Positions 1 to 12,290 of a DNA stretch of 64,000 bases are shown here, one piece after another. The stretch's first letter is position 1. The number at the start of each line of letters is the position of its first letter. The stretch lies in assembly GCA_963575745.1 (NCBI GenBank), contig CAUYUJ010000203.1, positions 372,001 to 436,000 on the forward strand, in the 5' to 3' direction. This DNA is from Prorocentrum cordatum. Lineage: Eukaryota. The notes below the pieces were generated by a model. The model saw nothing but the letters and a program-made list of their open reading frames with translations, did not search any database and was not told the DNA's origin. The position numbers and the translations under genes were made by a program.

Positions 1-32
1 TAGTAGTAGTAGTAGTAGTAGTAGTCGTAGTG

Positions 33-79
<47 letters not shown>

Positions 80-96
80 CGTCGAAGTAGTAGTAA

Positions 97-141
<45 letters not shown>

Positions 142-181
142 AAGTAGAAGTAGTAGTAGTAGTAGCAGTAGTAGTAGTAGC

Positions 182-213
<32 letters not shown>

Positions 214-506
214 TACTAGTAGTTGTCGTAGTAGTAATAGTAGTAGTAGTAGTAGTAGTAGCAGTAGCTGTAGAAGCAGAAGTTGCACTACTAGTAGTAG
301 TTGTAGTTGTAGTAGTAGAAATCATAGTAGTAGTACTAGGAATAGGAGTAAGAGTAATAGTAAGAGAAGTATTAATACTAGTAGTAGTAGTAGTCGTAGT
401 AATAGTAGTAGTAGTAGTCGTAGTAGTAGTAATAGTAGTAGTAGTAGTCGTAGTGGTAGTACTAGTAGTTGTCGTAGTACTAGTAGTTGTCGTAGTGGTA
501 GTAGTA

Positions 507-539
<33 letters not shown>

Positions 540-2346
540 ATAGTAGTAGTAGTAGTAGTAGTAGCTATAGAAGCAGAAGTTGCACTACTAGTAGTAGTTG
601 TAGTTGTAGTAGTAGAAATCATAGCTGTAGTACTAGGAATAGGAGTAAGAGTAATAGTAAGAGAATTATTAGTAATAGTAGTAGTAGCAGTAGGAAATGT
701 AGCCGTAGTAGTCGTAGTAGTAGGGGTAGTAGTAGTAGTAGTAGTAGTAGTAGCAGCAGCAGCAGTAGTAGTAGTAGTAGTAGTAATAGTAGTAACAATA
801 GTGGTAGTGGTGCTAGTAGTGGTAGTGGTAGTAGTGGTAGTGCTAGTAGTGGTGCTAGTAGTGGTAGTGGTACTAGTAGAAGAAGAAGAAGAAGCTGTAA
901 TAGTAGTAGTAGTCGTAGTAAAAATTCTACGATATGTACTAACACGAAAGGTAGAAGCCGCAATACTAAAAATAATAATAGAAATAGTAGTCGGAATCGT
1001 ATTGGCAATAGTAGTAGTAGCCGTGGAAGAAAGAGACGTCGTAGTAACAGAAATAGTAATAGTAGTAGTAGTAGTAGTAGCAGCAGCAGCAGTAGTAGTA
1101 GTAGTAGTAGTGGTAGTAGTAAAAACAGTAGTAATAAACGTGGTGGTAGTATGCGTAGTCATAGGCGTAATGATCTTTTAGTAGATCAGTTAGTAGTAAC
1201 ATTAGTACAAATATCACTATTGCTGCTACTACTACGACTAGTACTGGTGTAGGAAAAGGAACAATACCAAAGCAACGACATTCGTAATCGTAAGGCCGCA
1301 GCCATAGTCGTAAACTCCGTAGTAGGTCGTAGCCGCAGAAGTCGTAGTAGTAGTACTAGCAGTAGTAACAAAAATAACAGTCATTTTAATATGATTAGTC
1401 GTGATAGTAGAAGTAGTAGTAGTAGGAGTAGTAGTAGGAGTAGACGTAGTAGTAATAATACAAATGCTGGTAGTCATAGCAATGGTGGTAGTGGCAACAA
1501 TAGAACTAAACATCGTAGTAGTGATCGTCATACCGGTAGTAGCAGTAGTAATGATAGGAATGGCAGTTGTAACAGTCAGAAGTGTAATGGTCGAGGTCGT
1601 AATTGGACGGGTAGTAGTGGTAACGGTAGTGCAGTAGCAGGTGGTAGTAATATTCTTGATAAAAGTAGTGGCCATAATAGACGTAGTCGTAGTAGCTGTC
1701 GTAATACCAGTAATAGCAGTAGTCGTGGTAATGGTAGTGGTAGTCGTAGCAGCGGTCGTCGTAGTAATAATACTGGGACAAATAAATTGCCATCGTAGTA
1801 GTAATAGTCGCCACGATAGTCGTAGTCGTCGTTGTTGTAGTCGTCGCAATCATAGAAACAGTAAAAGCTGTAGTCGTCGCAGTAGTCGTAGTCGTAGTAG
1901 TAGTTGCCACCGTATTGGTAAAACTATTAATTAGCAGCACTGGTACTAGCAAAGGTAGTCGTACTTGTAGTAGTCGTAGTAGTAGTACGGGTTGTAGTCG
2001 CCGTCGAAGTAGGAGTAGTAGTAGTGGTGGTTGTAGCCGTGGTGCCAGTAGTAGCAATACTAATCATGGCATTAGCAATATGAGTTGTGGTCGTAGTAGC
2101 AGTAGTAGTAGTCGTAGTAAGAATAGTTGTAGTAGTTGTAGGCGTCGTAGTAGTAGTAGCAGTAGTAGAAGAAAGAAACATCGTAGTGGCAGTAGCAGTG
2201 GTACCATTTAGAGTAGTAAGTAGTAGTAGTGGAAGTAGTCGGAGTCGTAGTCGTAGTAGTAGTCGTAGTAGTAGTAGTAGTAGTAGTAGTAGTCGTAGTA
2301 GTAGTAGTAGTCGTAGTGGTAGTAGTAGTAGTAGGGGTAATAGTCG

Positions 2347-2392
<46 letters not shown>

Positions 2393-2637
2393 CGAAGTAG
2401 AAATGGAATTGGTAATACCAGTAGCAGTCGTAGTAGTAATAATACTAGTAAAGGTGGTCGCAGTGGTAGTAGTAGTAGTAGTAAAATTAGTAGTAGTAGT
2501 AGTAATAGTAGTAGTAGTACAAGTAGAACTAGTTGTAGTAAGAGAAGTAGAAGTACCAAGGGTTGTAGTAGTGATAACAACTAGTGGTGGTAGTAGCAAT
2601 GGTTATCGTTGTAATAGTACTGCAAATGCACGCCGTG

Positions 2638-2674
<37 letters not shown>

Positions 2675-2775
2675 CAGCAGTAGTAGTAGTAGTAGTAGTA
2701 GTAGTAGGAGTAGTAGTAGTAGTAGTAGTAACAGTAGTAGTCGTAATGACAGTAATAGTAATAGCAGTGGTAGTC
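1..2775. repeat. Degenerate (TAG/GTA)n trinucleotide microsatellite array, runs off the window start
   Basis: Continuous tagtagtag with scattered substitutions. Contains an internal ~297-bp higher-order duplication (variant block at ~268-380 recurs at ~564-680). Confidence 0.97.
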
Positions 2776-3039
2776 GATCAGAAGATCGATACGTTACGCC
2801 GCCAAGTCTGTGTCAATATATATATATATACAAGACTGCAGTGGCGCTTCGCGCCATGCACCTTGGTCCTTGAAGTCTGGTATGCAGGCGGACTGGCAGG
2901 AAGGTCAAGCCGACAATTTAGCGATCACTCCTTTTCTGGCATCGCCGCTAGAATAATGTTATTCGTTATCCTTCCTCCATGCTTCTTTTTCCTCATGCTC
3001 GCCATGCCCTGCGCATTCTCCCCATCCTCCTCAGCTCTT

Positions 3040-3720
3040 TTTGCGGAGGCTCCTCCTTGGAGAGCCTCTGGGGGCCTCACAAAAGTTGTTTCAGGCTTTC
3101 TTAAGGCCTTCTGGAGGCCTCCTGGGCGTGTTCTGGGAGCCTCTGGGGGCTTCCTCGGGCCACCCTGCCTCCAACCGCGGTCTCCCTGAACGACCGGGTC
3201 ACGATTTGGAATGCTTCGGAGGGCGTCTTGGGGCCATCTTGGGCTGCCATGGGGCTCTCTGAGGGCCATCTTGGACCCCTGTTGTGCCGTTTTGGGGCTC
3301 TCTTGGACTGCCTGAAAGCCCTCCGGATGGTTATGGGGCGATTTGGGAGCCTCCCAGGCGGCTTCGGACGCCCAGAAGACCGCCGTCTTGGAGCGTCGGG
3401 AAGCCGAAAAGAGGAGAACCCCAAAATAAACCAAAAACCATCAAAATCAATGATGTTTGCCTCTTGGGCCTTCTTGGGAGTGCTCTCGGAGGCCTCTTGG
3501 GACGTTTCGGGAAGATCTTTGGGGGTATGACGGCTTCTTGGGGGTCGTCGTCGACCGTATTTGGGCTCTCTGGGGTCGCTTCGGGAGCGCGCCACGTCCT
3601 GCGAGGCCCGGGGGGCCGCTTCGAGGCCCGTCCGGATCCGAGGGTCCCTAAGCCCCAGATCCCGGGAGTCCGGTTTTGGGGGGGGGGGGGGGACGGGTTT
3701 TCCCCCCGCCCGGGCTTGTA
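3040..3720. repeat. Interspersed repeat built from degenerate ~11-bp (t)tggggcctc units
   Basis: Repeated gggcctc/ttgggg motifs. The same unit type recurs at 25.6-27.8 kb, 33.85-34.19 kb and 50.1-50.3 kb (reverse form ccccaagagg). Confidence 0.7.
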
Positions 3721-4239
3721 AAAATGTAGAAAGAGGAATACCCGTGGACCTATTCAAACATTATGAACCAGTTGTGCGTGGCAGGCCGACAACGCGAATT
3801 CGAAATGTCAGCGTTGTGGCAAATTTGCGCAGGCCCAGGGTAGGCTGTAGCCTGTGCGGCGTGCACTCTTGACGCTATCTGCATGGCGGAATTCATGCCG
3901 TCACACGCGAGGCAAACCAGTGCAAATCTTGCCGCGCCCGCATGCGGTGTGAACCATGCGAGATGCGATGCGTGGACAAGTCTTATCAACCATGCAGGGA
4001 GCAGGAACATCGATGCAACGTCGCATGTTCAGAATCACTTGTTCGACGTTCGGGATGCTGTGCAACGTACGTGCGCCAGGGAACCCGCAAAGCCCCAATT
4101 ACGCTTTCGAATCTCACGAAATGTTTCAAGATGGCGTTAGTCTTGATTTCGTCTCCACTCCCAGGCATCATCGCGGGCTGCACCTTCCCATGCTGGCGTG
4201 ACCAAGTGTCCCAGATACGAGCGGCCGAATGCCTGACTA

Positions 4240-4416
4240 GGTGGCGGGATCCGAATCCTACCCCCACGAACCATGGATTCTCCGGAATCGATGAGGGTCG
4301 GGGGGTAGGGTTCGGATGTCGCCACGCGTTCAACGAATTCCGAATCAAAAAACCCCCACCGCCCATCGATTCGCCCGAATCGCTGATCGGCGAGGGTGGG
4401 GTTCGGACTTCGCGGC
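4240..4416. mobile_element. Double-hairpin MITE-like element
   Basis: Imperfect terminal inverted repeats (GGTGGCGGGATCCGAATCCTACCC vs reverse complement of end GGCCGCGAAGTCCGAACCCCACCC), internal hairpins, flanked by GACTA direct repeats (4235-4239 / 4418-4422). Confidence 0.5.
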
Positions 4417-6332
4417 CGACTAACACAACCCAGCGAAGAATCAGCATGCCCCAATATTCGAGCCCATAAAAGCCCAAAGACAGACCGCTTGACAACCACA
4501 CGACGGTGGCACAATTGCCCCTCCCTGAAAGCAGTAATCAAGGAGCAAGCAACGGTCCGCGAGGGCCCCCTTCAGCGGAACAGACACGTCGGGGAAACAC
4601 AATGTAACAAAATCAACACGTCCAGGAATCCTGGAGCGTCCACGGGTGCGTTCGACGATCCAGTAGAATACGGAAGAACCCTGAAGCATCCCAAGCAGTT
4701 GCCCCCCCAGAAGGGAAATGGCAGGTATGGATGGGGTATATCTGATGCGCCGCTCTTGTGAAACACCCTCACCATCGGGGCTCGAAGTTCTCTGGCCAAG
4801 TACCAGAAGGGAAACATGGGCCAGGCTGGGTGGGTTCACTGCGCGAGCCAAGTCAAGCTGGCGATAACGCTACTTCCTGGACCTCTTCCAGGGCGCGTTC
4901 GGACGAGGATTTCGAGGCGAATCCAGCCGTGGCGACGAGGGATTTCCAGGAGGCCCCAAACAACAAAAACGAAAGAAGGGTAGCGGGAGCCCAGACACCC
5001 TCGTCCCGCCCATCCTCCCCGTCCCCACAAGGCCGTTCGCAGCGCGGTGCATTCGTAGAGCTCCTCCGCAGGGTCCAAGCTCTCTGGTTCGCTGGTAGCT
5101 TGAGGTCCCGCATGATCCGTAGGAGATCCTCGCCCGGACCAGGAGGACGAAGGGGGAGACGACCAGGAGGAGAAGGGGAGGGAGGAGCGAGGAAGGGCGT
5201 TTCATTGCACTTCCATGACAGCTGTTCTGGGTGGGACACTCGTGCGAACCACGGCGGCCGCTCGCGCCGCCCTCGACCTCGCTAGTCCAGGGATATCGGG
5301 CGAACGACCGCCGCCCGCCGCCCCCTCGGTGTGCCAGCTGTTGAGTGCTGGGCCAACGCGCCGCCGCAGGGCGGGGGCGCGACGCGGGGAAGGGAAGGAC
5401 GGACAGGGGCAGGATGACTGGAGGAGGGAGGACGGGAAGGCAGGGAGGAAGGGCAGGATGGAGGAGAACAGGGAGGAGAGGAGGGGGAGGGAGGGGGAAG
5501 GGGACGAGGAGGAGATAAAGGACGATAAGGAGGGAAGAAAAGATGGGAGGAAAGGGAAGGAGGGGGCAGGAGGAAAGGGGAGGAACTATGACAACGGATG
5601 TACACTAGCAATATGCGTTTGTTCCGAACACGGCAATATGCCAAACACGGCTGACACGTCTGACACAGACGATATGCGGCCGCCTTGGGCCGCAAATGAC
5701 ACGAGGGAAGAAAAGAGAACATGTGAATATGTTGCTCAAGCGAGTCTGCCTGTGCCCCGTCGGTTGCAGCATGCAGGCCGTGCCGCACCCGACGAGGTTC
5801 CATACACAATTGCAATGAGGGGGCGCGTTCACCTGTTTAGGCACGTCCCGTGGAGGCCGGCCTTCGCTACCCCCCCCCCAAACACATTGGCCTCCCCGCG
5901 GCGCCAACCGCAACGACCTTTTTACGGCGCCCGTGGGAGGGGTGGAATTACCCCCGACATCGTCCAAGGGACTAGCCAGATCCTGCTAACAAACACCGCA
6001 ACCAGCGAACGGAAGGTAAGCCTGACACCGGCCTTCTACTGACCAGGTCCCTCATAATTCCAGGAGGATCGAAGGAGCGGGGGGGCAAACGATTGGAAGA
6101 GCTCAGTACATGACTAACGTGCTGCATGCCAACAGCTGCTGCCCCACGAACACAATTCGCAAAATGTAGCCCCTCATCGCTTGACTCACTAAATCACCGT
6201 TACGAACACAGCCCGCGAACATAGTTAGCCTATGCGGTTGTCGTCGCCTCTCGCTATGTCGTATTTTCGAACGCAGTTCGCGACGTGCAACCGCCGATGT
6301 ATCTTCGTGCAGCCAGAATACATGTAGTGAAA

Positions 6333-7270
6333 TCAGTGATCATCCCGTTGGCGACACGTTCTCCACATTCGTCCTGAGGTCGTTGTGGCGGGAATTCTGA
6401 GCACGGTCTTCTCGCGCCTATCGTTGCTCAATCTGACCGCGCCGTGGTCGTGTTTGAGCTTCCCGTGCGTCGCGTCCAACATCCGCTCCCGGCCGATACT
6501 CCTCGCCGTCATGGGGTCGGCCCTGGTAACGCGGACAGCGCACCATAGCATGTCGGTGATCTGCTCGGTACGGAGCTGATCGGAGAGCCACCGCAGGTGG
6601 CCTGCCATGCTGCGCTCTGAAGGTGGACGCACAAGATCCATAGCGACGGCCGCGAAGACGGACATGCCGTCTGGGTTGCTGGCATGGCGTAGCATCCTTC
6701 CTCTCCGTGCCCGATCTCACTCCGCAGGGCGTGTTTGGTTTTTGATGCACGCAGAATCTGCGCGTATTTTAATTTGTCGTTGGTATCGCCGCCCTTGCCA
6801 TGGAGAGATTCACTCTGTTGTTGCGCTTGGTGAAAAATGAATTTCTCGTGCTGAGAAGAACGTCGGTACGATAATGACAGAAGGATATGAACGTGCCCGG
6901 CTTCATGTCAGCAGTCATGTGCTTTTCTCATTTGTTTCCCCCGAGGGGCTTTGAAGCAATTGTGCTTGCAGCGAGGTTTTCGGGAATTCATGATCTCCTC
7001 GGCCGAGACCGGGCCCCTGCTCATCTCGTGGGGCGCGAGGGAAAAGGCCTGCAACCCGTCAGCTGCGCCGCGCGGCGCGAGCAGCTCGAAGCCGAACGAA
7101 GACCTACCCGCTAGCTTGTGTTATCGGCTCACAGTATCGAGCGAGTGGCAGAATTCCTTGCGGGCGCTGCGAAACTTGCCGAGGCGCATGTAGACTGCGC
7201 CCCTCGCGCCGTGCCCCGTCTCCCCCTCCCTCCCGAAGGGCCCGTCGCTCCGCGCGCAGATCTAGCCAGC
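6333..7270 (-). pseudogene. Copia RNase H domain remnant, interrupted by a 273-bp insertion
   Basis: SDGPFGREGETGHGARGAVYMRLG...CHSLDTVSR*HKLAGRSSFGFELLA...DGMSVFAAV...LWCAVRVTRADPMT. Homologous to the copy at 57.9-58.5 kb (WCDTRDMRADPMTKG), which matches the copia RNase H C-terminal ADxxTK motif. Confidence 0.85.
6719..6991. mobile_element. 273-bp AT-richer insertion with 6-bp TSD (GATCTC)
   Basis: GATCTC at 6713-6718 and 6992-6997. Removing the insert rejoins EEI|GHGEEGCYA, which aligns to RIRRLRENGGYA in the uninterrupted paralog at ~58.25 kb. Confidence 0.75.
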
Positions 7271-7379
7271 GAGTTCCTGGCAGGCGAGGCGACGCGGGCT
7301 TTGATCTTCTGCGCGGCGAGGACCCCGCAAATGCGCTGCATGGCGCGTCGCAGAAGCAGCCTGTCCTTGGCCCGCCGCA

Positions 7380-8350
7380 GCGCCACAATGCGCGCTGCGA
7401 CGTGGCGCTGGGCGAGAAGGGCGGGCGCGGCTGCCCCCGGCAGGGAACTTTAAATCTCCTGGTTGACCTCCCGCGGGCTCGTCTGCCTTCGCCTTTACCT
7501 GGTCGACGTGCCTGATCGGCATCGGGGCGTCGACGCGCCCGTCCTGGTCGCGGAGTTGGTGGGCGCCGCAGTTGGTGAAGTCGTCGTGACGCCCCAGTCA
7601 CCTTGCCGAGGACGGCATCGATGTGGCCGATGAGCCTGCCGACGTGCCCCTGTGGTCCAGCGGTCTTCGCGTCGCCGACGTGCTTGGACAATGTGAGCAA
7701 AATCTTGGAGTCGCCTGCAACGCAATTGCCGGACGCCTCATGCTTGACCCCGAGCTCCGGGCCCAACTGGGCGCGTTCGGCGTTGAATTCTGCGCGACCC
7801 GGGCGAGGTTCGCGGAGCAGGGCCGGGGCGCGGCCTTGCAGCCCGTGCGCGGCTCGACGCATCGCGGGCGCTCGGTCCTCGTCGAGGGGCTCGTAGCCAG
7901 GCGCCTGCCTGACAATAGCTGCACTGCCGGGCGGTGGGGTGGAATTCGCCTCGCGTGGCGCTTCGCCTCGTTCCTGCATCTCGGCAGACGACATGCTCTG
8001 CAGAAGTGCCTTCTCGACGTCCACGGCGACGTAGACCCAGTCCAGGTGGCGCGCCAGCTCCGAGACCTGCATGCGCTGTGAGGCGCGTTCGGCTGTCCCC
8101 GCGAACGTCTCCAGGGCGCCGGCGCCCATGTGGCGGAATCCTCTGAGCGCCGCGCGGCGCCGATGGTCCGCGCGGCTTCGCCGTCGGAGCTCTTCCGGTG
8201 CTTCCACTTGAAGACGCGCCTGGAGTCCACGACGAGCGGTCGCCGTTCGACCCAGATAAGCTCCTGGAGAATGGCTGCAGACACCTCCTCGGCCAGCCTG
8301 AACGCCACTTCCTTGGTCGGGAGATCGGCGTCGCGCTTGATGCCCACGAC
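7380..8350 (-). pseudogene. Copia reverse transcriptase remnant
   Basis: AAILQEL...DSRRVFKWK...ALRGF...VAVDVEKALLQ...GCKAAPR...SKHVGDAK correspond to copia RT motifs (WVFKWK, RLVARGF, DVxTAFL, GLKQAPR, Y/HVDD). Catalytic DD is mutated to GD; frameshifted. Confidence 0.88.
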
Positions 8351-9399
8351 CATAGCAGGTGCGCGCGCGTTAGGCACGGCTGTCCGGGAATCGCCAGCAA
8401 CGCAATTGCAGGACGTTTCCTCATTGAAGCTTAGGATTGCTTCGCGCGCCCCTGGGTCGAGGTACAACGCCACGTGTCTCCCTGGTTCGCCCTCCTCCTC
8501 CAGCGTGGCGAAGTCGTCCAGGGCGGCGTCGCGCAGGTAGTGGTGGCACTGCGCGTAGACGCCCTGGCGCTGGCGTTGCGTCTCCAGGTGCTGGGGCCAC
8601 CCGCGTGGCCGGCGGCCAATGCTGGCCACGGCGTGATCGACAGCAGCGTGGTTCATCTGCTGGCTGTCGTCGCTCTCCAGCGCCTCCAACTCCTGCGCCA
8701 GGGCTGCTGCCCCGTCAACTGCACGCCACGCTGCCAACATCACCTGCTGGATGCGGCCGGAGAAGTCGCTGCCAGTCCCTCCAGGCCCAATCAAGAGTGC
8801 TGATGGAGATCACGTCAGTGAAGCTGACAGCATCCCCAGGAGCGTCGACGACACAGTCATCGAACACCCCATCTGGATATTGTCCATGTCTGCTGGTGTA
8901 AGTGTCTCGTCACTCACCCAAGATAAACTGCGCCATGCAAGCGCCCTCCCACTGCCTGCAGGTAAGCGCGTGGGTGTCCAACTTGACGCCGTCCAAGTGA
9001 ATCTTCTGAGTGTCACCTCGCTTCGAAGGTACCACAAGATGACTAGGCTGCGGGTGCAGGCCCGCCAGTCTCCAGCAGACTTCTGGCCGCGCAGTAGACG
9101 TGCGGCACGAACGTCTGGCTGCTGAAAGCATCTGCGGGACACATGGCGTCGAGCTTCGAGGATGTCGGGGCACTGCCGCGGCTGCGCGGTCAGCTGCACG
9201 CCGCTGGCCCCCCAGTGGCCGAAGGTCCTGGCGACGGAGCATGGTGCCATGTGCTCGATGAAGTCCTCCGCTCGGTCCTTTGCCCCGCTCAAGCCAAAGC
9301 CAATGCCCACGTCGTCGACGACGGCACCGATGAAGGGCTGGACGCCCTGCAATCCGCAGATCACGTCGGCTCGGCGGCACTAGACTGTTACCTCGCTTC

Positions 9400-10365
9400 G
9401 AGCCAAATCGGCAGACGCGACAATCACAAAACCCGCCCAGCCTGATGCGTTTTTTGTGCTCGGAGGCCTGTGGATCTCCACCTGGCTGCCAACGTTGAAC
9501 CGGCCCTCTCCAGACTCGGTGGCGCCTGTCTGGAGGGCGCGGAAGACGCGGGAGATTGATGTAGCCTAAATAATACGCTGCAGTGCAATCTCTCTGACTC
9601 GCCACTGCAATCGGCTGGGCTGCACTTCCCCGCCAGCAGAGGGCTCGGCGCCTGCGACAGACGCCAGACACCTCGCCCGATTCGTCTGCTTCCAGCGGTG
9701 GCAGCATAGCTGGCTGTCTCCCGAAGACGCCGCTTTATGGCGTGACGCCGCCAACGTGGGTGAGGCTGTTGCCTCCAAGTGTTGCGTGAGCAGTCATACT
9801 CTCGAAATTCGCCGCGCGACCTTCGCGCTCTAGCTTCTCCTCGTCGATGTGAAGTGCATGTCGTAGTATAGCCCCACGTCGCTGGATGAAGCGAAACTGC
9901 TTTCGCGGGGCACGTTTCTCCCCCTGGACTCCTCGTCTCATCTCCTCCACCAAGTGGGTAGAGGTCACGCCGCCCTCTCCGTCCACGATCAACGTCTCCA
10001 TCGTGCCGAATAGTTTGAACCATGATCGGCCGATGGCTGTAAGCAGCGCCGAGCCGCGTTCGGAGTCGATATCCTGGCCGTCGTGTCAACGTGAGGCACA
10101 GCAGATCAGATGCATAAACATGCGATCCTTGCAGCACAGGATGTCGCACTCGACGTGCTGGTTGAATCGCGTCGAAAACCCGAGCATCGGGATCGTATGG
10201 CGCGCTGGTGCTTGCCACTTGCGGCGTCCCCGACAGTTCGTCATAATTGTGTGCACGAGGGCGAGGACGTCCTGGGGAATGTTGGCTGCGCGTAGTGCTC
10301 ATGTCACTTTCTCCCAGTATAATGGCGCGCCACCACCGGAGGTGTAATTTGCGCGGCTCTCGCAT
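9400..10365 (-). pseudogene. Integrase remnant (HHCC zinc finger and DDE core)
   Basis: RKLHLRWW...NCRGRRKWQAP (decayed HHCC), FNQHVECDIL, ETLIVDGEGG, FIQRRGAILRH, GNSLTHVGGVTP. Confidence 0.85.
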
Positions 10366-11089
10366 GCGCGTCTAATGCGAGCCCCCGCGCAATGCGCGCA
10401 ATGACGTTGTGGCGTCGACGCGAATCCAGACGGAAAGAATCGGATTGCCCACCGATGCGTCGGTGGCTCGTAGTGCTATCCGTCTTGGCACGCCCCCTGC
10501 AATTGGGCTGGCTCGTGGCCCCGGTCCGGCGACGTAGTCGCCCGTGCGGCAACTCTGCGAGCCAGCGGCACAGTGGCCGGAACCGCTGCTCTGAGCCCCG
10601 GCTCTGCTGGCTCCTGGCGTACAGGAGGATGGCGGTTGTAGAGCGGCCTCATCGGCTGCTCCCAAGTCGGAACCTCCAGGTAGTTGCGCCTATTGGTCGC
10701 TGGAGTGGCGCGGTTTTCCAGGTCGCGCTGGTGCTCGCGGGCATTGGCGGGCGCGGGGGCCCGGCCTGATGTGAGGGTCAGCGAACCTGCGCTGGCTGAA
10801 CTCGCGCGCGCGTACGCAGGGTGATCCTGCGCCGCTTCCTCGCGGCAGCCTGGGCACTCCTGGAGGACACGGGCACTGTGAGAGTGTCGGCGCGCGTTGG
10901 GACCCCTGGAGTGCGCGGGTGAGTCCGCCCGTATGATGCGCGCGCCTGGCGCGCATAGCGCGTGCGTTCGGCGGCCATCTCACTCCGGATATGAGCCTCT
11001 GTGGCTCCAGACGCCACTGCTTGAAAAAGCTACCTCGGCGACGTCGCATTCACGAGCGTAGTTCGTCTTATGCGAGCGCCTGCGGCGGC

Positions 11090-11740
11090 GACGTAAATGC
11101 ACGAAAGCTTGCGCCAGTCGTTCGGCCAATTTCCAAGGCCAAATTTGCGCGTCCAAGCTGTCGTAGTCCTCGGCGCGGGCGCGTCGATGTTTGTTCGGGC
11201 ACCTGAGGTTGCCGGACTGCACGTTTATCCCCAGAACATTGGTAACAAAACCTAGGGCTTTCCTCAACATACCATCGCGCCGATCACGCAGTCCGCACAC
11301 GCACTGGTCGGAGACGACCTTGTCCACGCCAGGTGTTACGCGCGCGTCGGGCAATGGCAGTTCGCGGTGCAACCGCGACGGGTCGGGCTGTTCGTTGACG
11401 AATTAGTTGCCGAACTCCAACTGTAGTCGTGCTATGTGGCCACGAAGCTGTGCATGTGGGGCCGCGCCCTGGTTAGGGCGCAGCCGCGCGTCGTAACTCA
11501 GCTTGCAGTTGTACGTCGCCCAACGACCGAATTGCTGGCACGCGGGGGCCATGACGGCCACTAGAAGTCGCAGCTGTCTGTCGCATGTGCATTTTCACTG
11601 CACGTTGTTGGCCTTCGTCGTTGAGGTCACAGCCGGTGACCAATGCGAAATTCGCACCAACTCTGCGGCGGCGTCGGACGACGAGTTGGCTTGTCCGGGC
11701 CTCCCCACCACAAATCTCGATACTGTCGGCGCCGTGGTCT
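11090..11740 (-). pseudogene. C5 cytosine DNA methyltransferase-like domain inside the copia pol
   Basis: Motifs in canonical order: EICGG (motif I-like, ~11704-11718), GCDL, VMAPAC (motif IV P-C-like, ~11538-11555), FVNEQP (motif VI ENV/ENP-like, ~11385-11402), DQCVCGL...RKALGFVTN (motif VIII-like), AQIWPWKLA (motif X-like). Frameshifted, with stops. Confidence 0.72.
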
Positions 11741-12134
11741 GGTGTGGTGAGGTAGGTGAGGAGGTGGTGAATCGTGTCGAACTCCGTGTGCTGATGTCGT
11801 TTGAGCACTCGTCAGACGGCGATCTGACGCCGGTGCTGACAATCCTGAGAACCGCCACTTGGGCAGACCTGCAGTGAGGTTGCCGTGGAGTCCGCCCTCG
11901 TCGAACTCGTCGGCGTGGCCAGGCTCGCCAGTGGGAGGCATGCCAGGAAGGTAGGGTGAGATGCCCGTGAGGTCTGAGCCCCACTCGCCGTAGTGGCCCT
12001 CTACAACCTGCTTGCGGCTACAGGCGCATGCACGTCCTGTATCTTCTCCTTCTTCTTCTGACGTTAGCGCTCTGCCATAGAGTGGACGCCGACAACGCAG
12101 TTCTCGGATATATGTGGTTGCTCTTGCAGTGGGC

Positions 12135-12290
12135 TGAGATCTACTGGGGTAGACCGAGCGGTCCGGGAACAGAGATCTGCCGGGGCAGATCGAGCGGTCC
12201 GGGAACAGATCTGCTGGAGTAGATCGGTCGGTGGTCGTCCTCGTCGGCGCGCGCGAAATCGGGCGGGGTAGATCGAGCGGTCGTCGGGAT
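12135..12290. repeat. ~36-bp tandem repeat within the copia PR-DNMT linker
   Basis: gatct(a/g)c(t/c)gggg(t/c)aga(c/t)cgagcggtccgggaaca, two clear copies plus partial copies; translates on the minus strand as LFPDRSICPGRS / LFPDRSVYPSRS. Confidence 0.8.

Noticed and set aside
30..2873. Long poly-V/S/T/L ORFs
   Set aside because: Translations of the (TAG)n microsatellite; no coding signal.
4860..5150. Possible small minus-strand exons (EDLLRIMRDLKLP; also 27800-27950)
   Set aside because: Coding-like, but no consistent splice sites or joinable frame could be established.
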